Under the pieces are notes generated by a model that searched no databases, had not been told where the DNA came from, and was given only the letters and a program-made list of their open reading frames with translations. 64,000 bases of DNA, from IMG/VR virus record IMGVR_UViG_3300037418_002332; one strand, written 5' to 3'. Numbering within the stretch: position 1 is the stretch's first letter; every line of letters begins with the position of its first letter. This document shows positions 45,442 through 56,002 of the stretch, one piece after another. This DNA comes from a virus. Taxonomy: Duplodnaviria > Caudoviricetes. Position numbers and translations under genes: made by a program.

Positions 45442-46125
45442 ATGTGTGGAGTTCTTGGTTACAAGACCATCAATCCTTGCGCAACCGATCTTGAACTCAT
45501 TCGCAATTTGTTTTTGGAAGCTGGTATTCGCGGGCAACATGCAACGGGCATTTCATGGTTAGAAGGCAAAAAAATCAACACCGTTAAACTGCCTGTGGGT
45601 TCTGAAGAGTTTGTTAAACAATTCAATTTCAACAACCTTTTGAATTTAGATGGATCAATCACAATGATTGGTCACATTCGATACTCAACTAGTGACGTTC
45701 GGTTCAATCAACCTTTTTCCAATGATAAATACGCCATCGTTCATAATGGTGTAATCAGTCAAGAATCACCTGAAAATTGGCCTATCAAATGCGAAACACG
45801 CAATGATAGCGAAATGGTGCTACACGCTTTGTCTGATTTTAAAAACTACAAACATCCTCTCGAAGAATTTCCAGATAGCAGTCAAGCTGTTGTTTTTCTC
45901 CAAAATTCATCAAATGTACTTGGTGGTTGGAGAAATGGTTTAAGACCTTTGTGGTATTCATGGGATGCCCATGAGCGATTGATTCTCGCTTCTACTGAAA
46001 ATATCTTGAAACGTGCTGGCATTAAAAATGCAATCAAAGCACCAATGAATGTTGAATTATTCATGGAAGGCGATGAATTATATCAAAATCCATATCATCC
46101 AACAAATAAGAAAGATTTACAGTAA
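45442..46125 (+). CDS. class II glutamine amidotransferase
   Basis: N-terminal MCGVLG, GHIRYST, HNGVI, NDSE. Confidence 0.88.
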   Translation: MCGVLGYKTINPCATDLELIRNLFLEAGIRGQHATGISWLEGKKINTVKLPVGSEEFVKQFNFNNLLNLDGSITMIGHIRYSTSDVRFNQPFSNDKYAIVHNGVISQESPENWPIKCETRNDSEMVLHALSDFKNYKHPLEEFPDSSQAVVFLQNSSNVLGGWRNGLRPLWYSWDAHERLILASTENILKRAGIKNAIKAPMNVELFMEGDELYQNPYHPTNKKDLQ

Positions 46126-47037
46126 ATGGGAAAATACGAACCAAGCAATTGGTCATATGGAAGTGAACTTGAATTAGGTGATGTGAAATTTGGGCAAGAA
46201 CTTCCTGAAGGAAATAGTTGGAATACCAAAGATAATACAGTTATGAATTCCAATGGTGTGGCTAATGATCCAAAGGGTGAAATTTGGCCATGGGGTGGTG
46301 AAATTAATTGTAAACCAACTTCAACCACCATTGATCAAACACGCAATTTCACTTATGTATTGAGTGAATTGTCAAAAGAAGCAAAGCCGGTTGTGAATTT
46401 CAGATCAAATCTCCATATTCACGTGCGAGTTCCAGGATTAAAAGATGACCTTGAAGCGGTTAAGAAATTGCAAAGATACATTGATTCCTATGGGCAGGAA
46501 GCATTCGACATCGTTGAGCGTATCCCGAAGCCTGATCCTAGCCAAATGTCCAAAGAAGCTTATGAAGGTGCGTACAAAAGATTCAAGCGTCGTAAAGTGA
46601 GTCATCAATACATGCTTCCAAAAAATCGTTTGGATGAAATGTATGCTGCAACTACTGTCAAGGAATTTTGGGAAGCACATGCACCAATTGGTAAAGATGG
46701 TGCTCGTATGTGGTATTTTAGTCCACGACCAGGCATCAATCTGAGACAGCTTTGGGAAGAAACGGACACGGTTGAATTCAGACATTATCCTGGAACAATT
46801 GATCCATGGGAATTTGATTCATGCGTTCGTTGGTCTAAAGAGTTTCTTTATCATGCACTTTCTGATGAACAAAAAAGACCTCTTGACTTTTACACACCAG
46901 AGGATTATAAGTTTCCAAAGTTCGGTGAATATGATTATGAGTTGGACAAAATCTTTAAGATGACCAACTTTGCTGATAATAATCGTGCAACGGTTAAGGC
47001 AAACATCGAAAAACTTCAAGCGGAAGGCAAAATATGA
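46126..47037 (+). CDS. putative amidoligase (COOH-NH2 ligase-type)
   Basis: YGSELELGD, GGEINCKP, NLHIHVR, TVEFRH. Confidence 0.7.
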   Translation: MGKYEPSNWSYGSELELGDVKFGQELPEGNSWNTKDNTVMNSNGVANDPKGEIWPWGGEINCKPTSTTIDQTRNFTYVLSELSKEAKPVVNFRSNLHIHVRVPGLKDDLEAVKKLQRYIDSYGQEAFDIVERIPKPDPSQMSKEAYEGAYKRFKRRKVSHQYMLPKNRLDEMYAATTVKEFWEAHAPIGKDGARMWYFSPRPGINLRQLWEETDTVEFRHYPGTIDPWEFDSCVRWSKEFLYHALSDEQKRPLDFYTPEDYKFPKFGEYDYELDKIFKMTNFADNNRATVKANIEKLQAEGKI

Positions 47038-47603
47038 GTTTAGCTGAATTCATAGAAGAACGCGATAAACATTATTCAAATTTTGACCATTTGAAGAAAA
47101 TTCCAATCGGTGGAAAGATTCTTTTCATTTGTGTTGGAAATATCAATAGAAGTCCAGCAGCAGAGTTGATGATGAGGGATCAACTAGTCGCTCACTCCAA
47201 ACTGAACTGGATTGTATTGTCGGCAGGAATATCAGATAAAAATAAAGGCAAGTTGACTGCCAAAAAAATGCGTGATATTCTTTTGGACATGGGTTATGAA
47301 AACAATTCAGTTCGTTCACAACCTGTTACGCAGGAACTTGTTGATCAGGCTGATGTCATTTTCGTCATGGACGGCGCAAATGAACGCAAGCTAGTGGAGA
47401 AATTTGGTGAGCAAATACTATCTAAAATTCAGTACATCGGAGATTGGAACACAACTTCTTCAAGAACAATACCTGATCCCCATTTTCATAGTGGGAGTGA
47501 GATGCATCGAAAAGTTGCTTATCTTCTTGAGGGCTCTATCCACAATTTAATTGGTTATCACGAAGCCATTTATAATTTCGAAGAGCCATTGAAGGGAAAT
47601 TGA
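47034..47603 (+). CDS. low-molecular-weight phosphatase (LMW-PTP/ArsC fold)
   Basis: CVGNINRS (Cx5R), IPDP. Confidence 0.85.
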   Translation: MSLAEFIEERDKHYSNFDHLKKIPIGGKILFICVGNINRSPAAELMMRDQLVAHSKLNWIVLSAGISDKNKGKLTAKKMRDILLDMGYENNSVRSQPVTQELVDQADVIFVMDGANERKLVEKFGEQILSKIQYIGDWNTTSSRTIPDPHFHSGSEMHRKVAYLLEGSIHNLIGYHEAIYNFEEPLKGN

Positions 47604-47604
47604 T

Positions 47605-48393
47605 TTGAAAATTTTCATTCCAACATATAAGCGTGAAGGCAAACAATTTACGTTGGCCGGCATCCCTAAAGGCTGGTTGAATAAGACATATCTTGTCTGC
47701 CCAAAGGAGGAAGTTCATGATCACCCTCTTCGTGTCGATGTGCCTGTTGAGTTCATTGGTTCCATTGCGAAAACACGACAATTCATCATTGATCAAAGTG
47801 ACGATCCTCAAATAGCAATGCTGGACGATGATCTCACGTTCTACAAACGTGATGAAATTGTCAAAACTCAACGTTCTACAAGTTCTGCCATAGTTAATGA
47901 TCTATTTCATTTGATGAACGACTGGTTAGATCAAGGTGATGTATTTTGCGGAACTTCGAATTCATTTATGTCACATGAGAAACCAACTGAATATTACTAT
48001 GGAAAACCATCCCACTGTTGTTTTCTAAATCGTGATTATTTGAAGCAACATAACATCCGTTACGATGCGGTGACATATTTTGAAGATTTCCATGTTCCAA
48101 TTTCCGTAATTGAATCTGGAAAACGTTTGCGTTACAGCGGCGAATATATCTCTATTGAAAAGAAGGCAAACGCTGAAGGTGGTTGCTCAGTCAATCGTAC
48201 CAAGGAAAACAACCGTGAAGCCATGATTGAGCTTCAAAAACTTCATCCAAATTACATCACCTTAAAAGAAGACGAAAAGGCTGAAAATCAAAATCTTCAG
48301 GTTGGATTGAAGATGAGAATTGAGTTCAAAAAATTGTACGATGAATTTGTATTGGGTAAGAAAGCCAAAATTGAATATGGGAGTCTGTTTTGA
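47605..48393 (+). CDS. GT-A fold glycosyltransferase (TET-associated type)
   Basis: MKIFIPTYKR, AMLDDD, FEDFH, GGCS. Confidence 0.78.
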   Translation: MKIFIPTYKREGKQFTLAGIPKGWLNKTYLVCPKEEVHDHPLRVDVPVEFIGSIAKTRQFIIDQSDDPQIAMLDDDLTFYKRDEIVKTQRSTSSAIVNDLFHLMNDWLDQGDVFCGTSNSFMSHEKPTEYYYGKPSHCCFLNRDYLKQHNIRYDAVTYFEDFHVPISVIESGKRLRYSGEYISIEKKANAEGGCSVNRTKENNREAMIELQKLHPNYITLKEDEKAENQNLQVGLKMRIEFKKLYDEFVLGKKAKIEYGSLF

Positions 48394-48492
48394 TCAATAG
48401 ATATATTGAAATTTTCATAGATGATATCATTCCTTTCATCGTTGGTGTCATTATTCCGTTTTCAATCTTTGGATACATAATGGTGACACATC

Positions 48493-49476
48493 TTGGATAG
48501 ACTCGACACTTTCATTGATTGGTTTGGGACCTCAGTTCGTATCAACGACTGTGATCCGGCTCTATTCATGACCACTTATTTTTTCGATCGATTTGAATTT
48601 AATCTTGAGCAAAAATATTGGTTGTGCTGGATATATGGAACAACCTATCATTGGCCAACCGCATATATCATCTGGAATGAATTTCCGGACTTTGCGTTGG
48701 TTGGTTATGATAAACTCAATGAATGGAATACTGAAAATTTCAAACGTCTGAGATATCAAACGGATACTAAATGGAACAAAGGTCATTTGGCCGAAATGTT
48801 CAAATCATACCGTGATCGATTGAAAGGATATGAGAGTCAAGAAGCTTATTTTAACAAATTGTGCGACAAGCCTCATGATCCATATTCTAATTTTTTGAAC
48901 TGTTATAATGCAATCATCCGTGATTTTCATAAATTTGGCAGATATTCAACTTGGTTCTATTTGCAGATTTTAAAACAATGTGTTGGTCTGAATATCGAAC
49001 CTGAGACATTACTGTTATCTGATCCTGGTTCTGAATCCCATCGTAATGGATTTCTATATGCTATGGGCCGTGAAGATTTGATTGATCAACCGATCACCAA
49101 AGAACAATATCAAGAATTTGAAGAAATTGCTGCAACTGTTTTGAACGAAACCCGAAGACGTTTTCCAGACGTTGCACATAGAATCGACTACTTCGCTATG
49201 GAAACTTGTTTGTGTAGTTTCAAGAAACTATTCAGAACACGTGACGGCAGATATCTTGGTTATTATCTGGATAGACAAGCTGAAGAAATTCAAAAGGTTG
49301 AAAAGGATGGTTGGATCGGCATTAACTGGAAACCTCTTTGGCAATGCCGTGAAGAAATAGTGGATAAAAAATGGTTGACTAATGCTATTGATCCAGCTAA
49401 AATGCATCTATTCCTAAAAACTGGTGATATTCATGCGGAGCTTGAAAAATCCGCATTGGAAGATTTTTTCAATTGA
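48493..49476 (+). CDS. amino-acid:DNA transferase / aGPT-pyrophosphorylase-like protein
   Basis: FGRYSTWFYLQ, METCLCSFKK, GRYLGYYLDR resemble the HhH-fold aGPT-PPlase family. Confidence 0.65.
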   Translation: MDRLDTFIDWFGTSVRINDCDPALFMTTYFFDRFEFNLEQKYWLCWIYGTTYHWPTAYIIWNEFPDFALVGYDKLNEWNTENFKRLRYQTDTKWNKGHLAEMFKSYRDRLKGYESQEAYFNKLCDKPHDPYSNFLNCYNAIIRDFHKFGRYSTWFYLQILKQCVGLNIEPETLLLSDPGSESHRNGFLYAMGREDLIDQPITKEQYQEFEEIAATVLNETRRRFPDVAHRIDYFAMETCLCSFKKLFRTRDGRYLGYYLDRQAEEIQKVEKDGWIGINWKPLWQCREEIVDKKWLTNAIDPAKMHLFLKTGDIHAELEKSALEDFFN

Positions 49477-49488
49477 GGAGAATATAAA

Positions 49489-49752
49489 ATGTCAATTTTC
49501 AAAAACATTACTGAGAAACTGAAGGAAATTAAAGACGTCGCAATCGAAAAGGCTGGCGACGTAGCTGAGCTTGTTGAAGACAAGTACGATGATGCAAAGG
49601 AACTTACTTCCATTGCTATCAACAAGGCTGGCACTGCATATGAAGGTGCTCGTGATTACGCAGCAGAAAAATACGAAGATGCTAAGGAAGTGGCTGGTGA
49701 GGTTAAGACCAAAGCAAAGAAAGTTGCTGACGTAATTCGCGAAAAAGAATAA
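49489..49752 (+). CDS. small helical repeat protein
   Basis: GAGGAG RBS; repeated EKYDDAKE-like units. Confidence 0.6.
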   Translation: MSIFKNITEKLKEIKDVAIEKAGDVAELVEDKYDDAKELTSIAINKAGTAYEGARDYAAEKYEDAKEVAGEVKTKAKKVADVIREKE

Positions 49753-49986
49753 TGCGTTTTCATTGCGTAAATATTTTTGATTGGCTATCTGATCGTAGAT
49801 ATGCCAGTTATATTAAGAAAACACATTGGCATAAAAAGTTCACTTGGTTTCCAACCAGAATGACAGATGGCGATGGAGAATGCGTTTGGTTTGAAACAAT
49901 CTGGCGCAAAGGCGAATGTGACAGTTACAATGGAACTTGGTATTGGTCATATGTGACACCAGAATTTTATAATTACAATAGGTACA

Positions 49987-50328
49987 ATGATGTCTGAACA
50001 ATATTACGAATTATCGATAACTGCTGATACCAATGATGCTGATTATGTGACTGCAACTCATAAAGTTACAATGGAAAAAATCCAGGCTTTGTTGCCTATC
50101 ATTGAAGTGATCAACAAGAAGACACTAGAACTTAAAAACCAACGTGGTTATGGTCATAATTTTCCAAATGGTGAAATTGGCGATCCACGTGAAGTGTATT
50201 CTGAGGAAGAGCTTACTGACGAACAAATTGATTTAATCAGCGATTATTTACCATATGGCGAATATGGTATTCACACAATTACTGACATCGAATATTATCC
50301 ATACCCAGAAAAGGTTAGACTTCTATAA
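49987..50328 (+). CDS. hypothetical protein
   Basis: ORF track. Confidence 0.65.
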   Translation: MMSEQYYELSITADTNDADYVTATHKVTMEKIQALLPIIEVINKKTLELKNQRGYGHNFPNGEIGDPREVYSEEELTDEQIDLISDYLPYGEYGIHTITDIEYYPYPEKVRLL

Positions 50329-50732
50329 TGGGATTTGCATACGATTTGAAAAAGAAAACCGCTGAAGCTCAGGCGGATTTGAAAAATAAAGAAGCTCAAG
50401 AACATCGGGAAGCAGTAAGAATTCAAAAGCTTCTGGAAGCTGAACGATCCAAAAAATTCAAACATTCCGTCAAGGAATCAACCAAAAAAATTCTTGAACA
50501 AATGGAAATTGCTGCCGCAGCTGGCAGGCATTCCTTGGAATTTGAACCAAGGACATATTTCAATTATGCTGAAAATTTTCCATTGGCTGATATCGTTCAA
50601 GAATTAAAACGTCACATTGGTGATCCTGAATTCATTTACAAAACACGATCCGAAACTGTGGACGGCGAATGGGTAGACGTCGGCGACTACAGAGAAGGAT
50701 ACACAACTCGCTGGATAGAAATTTCATGGTAA
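50328..50732 (+). CDS. hypothetical protein
   Basis: ORF track. Confidence 0.65.
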   Translation: MGFAYDLKKKTAEAQADLKNKEAQEHREAVRIQKLLEAERSKKFKHSVKESTKKILEQMEIAAAAGRHSLEFEPRTYFNYAENFPLADIVQELKRHIGDPEFIYKTRSETVDGEWVDVGDYREGYTTRWIEISW

Positions 50733-51316
50733 AAAGATGCGTTGCAATTGGTGGTGTTCCTGGAACTGGGAAAACCACCTTAATGTTAAAATTCATGGGT
50801 GATTTGACACCAATCACCAAACTTCGAAACTTGGTTAATGGCCATGTTTATAAGGATCGCGTGGTCCTTGGAGATTACACCAAGGATGGGTCATTCAAAG
50901 GCACTGATACATTCTCAATGGCTGTCCAACCTGAAGCTGAGGAATTCTTCAAAGAAAACAAGTTTCATGTGGTGTTTGAAGGTGATCGAATTTTCAATTC
51001 AAAAATGCTCAACTTCATCCAAGACAATGGATATGAGCTTTTGACTATCATTATTGAAGCTCCTGAGAAAATGTTGAAGGAACGTTATGCTGAACGTGGT
51101 TCAGATCAATCCGAAAAGTTTTTGTCTGGACGTAAAACGAAATATGAAAACATTAAAAACGATGCCAGTTTAAAGGTTTACACGGCTGTTCATGAAGAAC
51201 CACTCGATACTGTGAAAATCGCAGTTGCGATGTTAAAATTCATTAATGATGGCATCATCGATGATGGTACATTGAAAGAAGTCAAGCACGATTCACTGGA
51301 CGACTTTTTCTCATAA
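50726..51316 (+). CDS. P-loop nucleotide kinase (base-modification-associated type)
   Basis: IGGVPGTGKTT, VFEGDR, LKERYAERGSDQSEKF. Confidence 0.78.
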   Translation: MVKRCVAIGGVPGTGKTTLMLKFMGDLTPITKLRNLVNGHVYKDRVVLGDYTKDGSFKGTDTFSMAVQPEAEEFFKENKFHVVFEGDRIFNSKMLNFIQDNGYELLTIIIEAPEKMLKERYAERGSDQSEKFLSGRKTKYENIKNDASLKVYTAVHEEPLDTVKIAVAMLKFINDGIIDDGTLKEVKHDSLDDFFS

Positions 51317-51322
51317 CCTAAA

Positions 51323-51364
51323 TTCTCCTTGGGTATAAATAACTGAAACTTATTCCAAGGAGAA
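51323..51364 (+). promoter_or_regulatory. late promoter in RBS-sequestering hairpin
   Basis: TTCTCCTTGG/CCAAGGAGAA; TATAAATA at 51334-51341. Confidence 0.78.
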
Positions 51365-51372
51365 GAAGCACT

Positions 51373-51951
51373 ATGCCATTATGGTCAAAATCAGGTCAAA
51401 GACCTAAGTATCTTGCTGCGGCAGATCGTAGAAATATCATCGCTACACCAGAAGGCTGGGTGAGACGTATTCAATACACCGGCACTGGTGGTATTGTTCG
51501 TAAAAAAGACGAAATCCTTGTTCATATTACCAACCTTTCTGGATTGGTTTCAATGGGCAATCCAGATATCGTTGAATTGTATGTTGCAAACTCAAGCGGT
51601 GGCACCACTATCAAGAGAAACCTTGTCAATAAGGTTAATGTGGTCTATAGTGAACCAATCTCAATTGCCACTTCTCCATCCATTCTCAATATGAACGTTG
51701 CAAACGTTGCTGGTGGTTCAGCAAAGGTGGCTGTCTCAGATACCAACAAAGCTAACATCGTTAACGCAAACAATACGCTTGTTTTCAGTTTCACTCCAAC
51801 CGTCGCTGGCACTTATAAAATCCAAGCGCAAACGCTCACTTCCAATGCCGCACACAAGGTTTACGGCATCTATGGTGGTGCGTCAGAAACCGCAAACACC
51901 GTTATCAGCGCCTCAGTTTCCAACACCCTATCAACTTTCGTGGTTGGCTAA
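51373..51951 (+). CDS. putative virion structural protein
   Basis: late promoter; MPLW..ATPEGWV N-terminus, beta-rich C-terminus. Confidence 0.65.
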   Translation: MPLWSKSGQRPKYLAAADRRNIIATPEGWVRRIQYTGTGGIVRKKDEILVHITNLSGLVSMGNPDIVELYVANSSGGTTIKRNLVNKVNVVYSEPISIATSPSILNMNVANVAGGSAKVAVSDTNKANIVNANNTLVFSFTPTVAGTYKIQAQTLTSNAAHKVYGIYGGASETANTVISASVSNTLSTFVVG

Positions 51952-52088
51952 CACGTTGATTTCATTAGGTTTCTAAAAAATCTTAAGAAATCTTCTTTTT
52001 TCTTCGGAACTGACACCTATATTCCGCGTTATCGCCTTACCGTGATGACGCGGTTTTGTTATGTAACTAGTGAAAAGGAGTCAATGCC

Positions 52089-52610
52089 ATGAATATGAAT
52101 CGTGAACAGCTCATTCGCTCGATTGAAACTGCCCGTGTTCGGGGCGTCGTTGTGCCGACCGAAGTTTTCGGACGCAAGATCTTCGTCAAGACCACGAAGC
52201 ACGATATCGTCGCTCAAATCCGGAACGAGTTCAAGGAAGCGCAGCCTACCAATATGCGTTTCCGTATCGACCAGGAAGCCTCGCTCGCGATCGTCGAGCC
52301 TGCCACCGGCAAGCGCGGCGGCAAAATCCATGACCATCTGAAGGCGGAACCTGGTGTTCCTGTTCCGAAGCGCGGTCGTCCTTTCTCCAAGAATCAGCCT
52401 CCTGCCGAACCGGAAAAGACGGAAAAGAAGGCCGCAAAGGTCCTTCCGTTAAAGAAGGTCGGCACCAAGGGAACTGGTTTGACCGCTCTTCCCAAGAATG
52501 AAGAAACCAAGACCCAGCCTTCTGGTGCCGCCGATCCGAACCATCCGAGTGGCGGTGGTGAAACGGGGCCAGCCAAGACCGAAAATGGAGACAACAATAC
52601 GCAGCACTAG
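52089..52610 (+). CDS. hypothetical protein, Lys/Pro-rich C-terminus, GC-richer codons
   Basis: AAGGAG RBS, ORF track. Confidence 0.7.
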   Translation: MNMNREQLIRSIETARVRGVVVPTEVFGRKIFVKTTKHDIVAQIRNEFKEAQPTNMRFRIDQEASLAIVEPATGKRGGKIHDHLKAEPGVPVPKRGRPFSKNQPPAEPEKTEKKAAKVLPLKKVGTKGTGLTALPKNEETKTQPSGAADPNHPSGGGETGPAKTENGDNNTQH

Positions 52611-52675
52611 GCTGTAACTCGGCAATGATCAGGGACGCCCACAAGTGTCCCTGATCCAACATCTGGGAGGCAGTT

Positions 52676-53353
52676 ATGTTATTGGTTCATGGTACTTCAT
52701 TGCCTGTGGCTCATCTTGCTATTCGTCAAGGATTGAGACCTAGAGGAAAATCCGAATGTCGTTGGGGTGGTTTCCCAACATCACCTGATGTCGTTTATCT
52801 CACCAATGCGTATGGCCTGTTTTATGCCATCAACGCAGCTGATGATAGCGATCAGGAAGTTTGTTTGATCGAAATTGATACTGATGTCATCGAGAAAATG
52901 ATGGTGGCTGATGAGGATACTCTTGAACAAACTTATCGTATGAATCGAAAGAATCCTTTGTATCCATTGGATTTTGATCCTGCATGGAATACTGCCAAAC
53001 GAACCCAGTGGTTTGCCAAAAATCTCATCATTGGGAAAACTCTTGGATATGATCACAAATGGTCATTGAAAAAGATGGGAAATTGCGCTCATTTTGGTTC
53101 AATTCCAAAAGATGCCATCACAAGAATTGTGTCAATTCAAAATGTCAATCACATGTGGTGGCTTCAATTTTTCGATCCCACCATTACGATGGCAAATTTC
53201 ATATTCCTTGGTGAGCAGTATCGTACATCACAGTTGGTCCTCATGGGACGTATGGAAGAAGCGATCGAGTTTTCCGGTCCTGCGAACCGCGATTATGTGT
53301 GGTGGCTTGAAAACCTCATTCACCCAAATCGTAAGGTGATTTACGAGCGCTAA
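52676..53353 (+). CDS. hypothetical protein, possible ADP-ribosyltransferase fold
   Basis: LVHGTS...GLRPRG...VVYLT...IEIDT. Confidence 0.55.
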   Translation: MLLVHGTSLPVAHLAIRQGLRPRGKSECRWGGFPTSPDVVYLTNAYGLFYAINAADDSDQEVCLIEIDTDVIEKMMVADEDTLEQTYRMNRKNPLYPLDFDPAWNTAKRTQWFAKNLIIGKTLGYDHKWSLKKMGNCAHFGSIPKDAITRIVSIQNVNHMWWLQFFDPTITMANFIFLGEQYRTSQLVLMGRMEEAIEFSGPANRDYVWWLENLIHPNRKVIYER

Positions 53354-54376
53354 ATTAGGTCATCCTAATCTACGTAAAATTTCATTAAAACCTTAAATAG
53401 TGCTTTACTTAATTCAGCCGTCAAGCTATGTAGAACGTAGGGACGGGTACAATTGCTTCGGGGTGATTATAAATGATATCCGATATGATTCTTATCGGCA
53501 GGGACATTGAGTTCTTGCCGGGTGTTGAAGACTTTAATTCCTACGTTGAATGCGGTATGCGAGCTACCATTGTTGATATTCAGCCTTATCCAGAAGATGG
53601 GTTGTTTGAAATCACTTTGGATTATCGCAAGTTCGAAGTATGGAATTTTCAGTTTGAATCCATGCGTTTCACTCATCGCAGCCGGGTACTGTCATTTCGT
53701 GACGCGTTTGGCTACTGCGAAGAGGAGACCTATTGCGTTTCAGACCACTTCGATCTGTTCAAACCTCTTGATGCGTTGGAAACGATCAAAATCGTTCTCA
53801 ACTGAAATCTTCTATATCTTAGAAGAAAGTCCTTTACTTTTTGAAGCGAATCAAATAAGCTGTTCCTGTGATACAGGAAACAAGCTTACCAAAAGCCTGG
53901 GGGTGGTACTGGATTGGTTCAATCTTCAAATGGGGATGTGTCATGAGTACAGTTTTGTTAGAGCGTTCTGAAATTAACGACTTTTTGAATTGTATGCACA
54001 ATGATGTTGGGGCTGATGTGTATCAGACAACAAAGGATAATCTCCCTCGTGCATACTTCGTGAAAGATTTTCAAATTTTACCAATTGAGGTGGGCTACGA
54101 TCCGCCTCAAATTTTTTATCGAAATAATGGAGAAGAGAATAATGAGCAACTGGTTTTCCGATGCCTCAAACGGAGGAGAATTCAACAAGAACGTTGAAAT
54201 CGCAAGTCGTTTCGACGGATTGTTTAATCTTTGGAAAAAGGTTGTTCGGTTCGATGAAAAAGAAGGATACACCAGTTATTGGGAAGTCATCGGAGTTTTT
54301 GAGGACGAAGGCAAAGCGAAAGCTGGCAAGGAAGCCTATCGTGCGCAAATCAAAGCAGCAAAGGCAGCAAAATAAA

Positions 54377-54709
54377 ATGAAGATTACGATTGAAAACGCA
54401 ACACGCGATCAAAAGCGTGCATATATCACCGAGCTTCTTGAAGAAGCCAATTCACATTTCGTGACCGTTGAATTCACCAAGAAGAATGGTGAGGAACGTT
54501 CCATGAATATTCAACAAGCCGCTCTGAAGTTCCACGTCAAGGGTGACGAAGCTTCGGAATCAGCCAAGAAGGCTGTTGAAACTCGCAAGGCAAATCATCC
54601 AGAACTTATGGCGGTCTATGACGTGCAAAAGCACGAAATCCGCTCAATCAATCTCGATACCACCAGCATCGTTCGTCTGGGTGGTAAAGAGTATGTGTTC
54701 GCAGAATAA
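54377..54709 (+). CDS. WYL-like/SH3-barrel phage protein
   Basis: FVTVEFTKKNGEERSM...VYDVQKHEIRSI. Confidence 0.65.
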   Translation: MKITIENATRDQKRAYITELLEEANSHFVTVEFTKKNGEERSMNIQQAALKFHVKGDEASESAKKAVETRKANHPELMAVYDVQKHEIRSINLDTTSIVRLGGKEYVFAE

Positions 54710-54752
54710 GCTGCGGCGCATTCCTTTCAACTTGATTTAGGAGAATATTGAA

Positions 54753-55685
54753 ATGAAACTCGCTCGAATTGGAATGTTCGCCGCAATTGCTTTTGCAGCT
54801 TTTGCGTCATTCACTTCTGTGGCTTCGGCCAATCCAACCATGACCATCTGTGGTGGTAAGCCTGGCGGCAATTATGATTATGTGGCTCATCAGGTTGCTG
54901 ATCAGCTGCGCGGTCAGATTGACGTTGCCGTTCTCAACACTGCTGGTTCTGGTGAAAATCTGGACAAGATCAAGTCTGGTGAATGCGATGTCGCAATCAC
55001 TCAATCCGATGCGCTGTATGTTTACGGCAAGGAAAAGGGTCAACTCGATTATTACAATATCACCAACGATGGTATGTACACCGAGTATTCAACCCTGATT
55101 TGCAATCGTTCGTCAAACGTTAAGTCCTGGGGTGATCTTTCAGTGAAAGGTTCCAAAATTTACGCTGGTGAAAAAGGTTCTGGCGCCGAAATTACCGCAC
55201 GTGGTTTGAAGGCAGCTGACGCTGAAGAAGGCGGCGATGCATATAAGGATCTCGCAATCCTGAATTCACCTGCTGACGCATCGCTTGTCAAAGTCAAGTC
55301 ACGTTCCGCTGATTGTCTGTTCTATGTCGGTTCCAAGGGCAACGAATTTGTCGGAGTCAAGGCTGAAAAGCTTGCAGCTGATTTGGTTGTTGTTCCGGTC
55401 GAAGACAAGGACTTCAATGACGTTGTCATGAAGGACGCAAACGGCAACGAAATCTCCGTTTGGACCCCAGTCGATATGCCAAGCGATACCTATGGCAAAA
55501 TCATGCCTTCTGGTACTCTTTGGGGTAACAAGTCTGTTCCAACCATCGGTGTCAATTCTTTGATGATCGCAAGTCAGTCATGGGCCGATGCCAATGAGCC
55601 AGCTTTCACTGCTCTTGGATTGACCATCGGTGACGTTGTCAATGCTGTCCGTGCTGACAAAAAGGTTGAGCTTGTTGTAAAGTAA
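54753..55685 (+). CDS. TAXI-family periplasmic solute-binding-like protein
   Basis: signal peptide; GGNY, TAGSGENL, AITQSDA, GEKGSG. Confidence 0.75.
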   Translation: MKLARIGMFAAIAFAAFASFTSVASANPTMTICGGKPGGNYDYVAHQVADQLRGQIDVAVLNTAGSGENLDKIKSGECDVAITQSDALYVYGKEKGQLDYYNITNDGMYTEYSTLICNRSSNVKSWGDLSVKGSKIYAGEKGSGAEITARGLKAADAEEGGDAYKDLAILNSPADASLVKVKSRSADCLFYVGSKGNEFVGVKAEKLAADLVVVPVEDKDFNDVVMKDANGNEISVWTPVDMPSDTYGKIMPSGTLWGNKSVPTIGVNSLMIASQSWADANEPAFTALGLTIGDVVNAVRADKKVELVVK

Positions 55686-55712
55686 ATCTCCCTTAGTTTC
55701 GGTGAGGTTGGG

Positions 55713-55744
55713 TGGGGAGTGGAGCAATTCACTCCCCATTTTTC
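55713..55744 (+). terminator. intrinsic terminator
   Basis: TGGGGAGTG/CACTCCCCA plus TTTTT. Confidence 0.75.
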
Positions 55745-56002
55745 ATTAGGAGAATTAAATGAATTTAGAAAAATATCCACTTGAAACTGAAAGCAAGGAA
55801 TTGCTTTACACACGATTGATGGAAGAATGTTCTGAGGTTGCTGTTGAGGCAGCATTGATTGCAAAGTATTGTTCCAAATCATTAAGGTTTGGCTTCAAAG
55901 AATTCGATCATGTTGATATGCTTGCCGCTTTGGAAGGACTTGAATCAGAAATGAAAGACGTTAAACTAATTGCGGCTGAAGTTAAACGCAGATGGGATAA
56001 CA

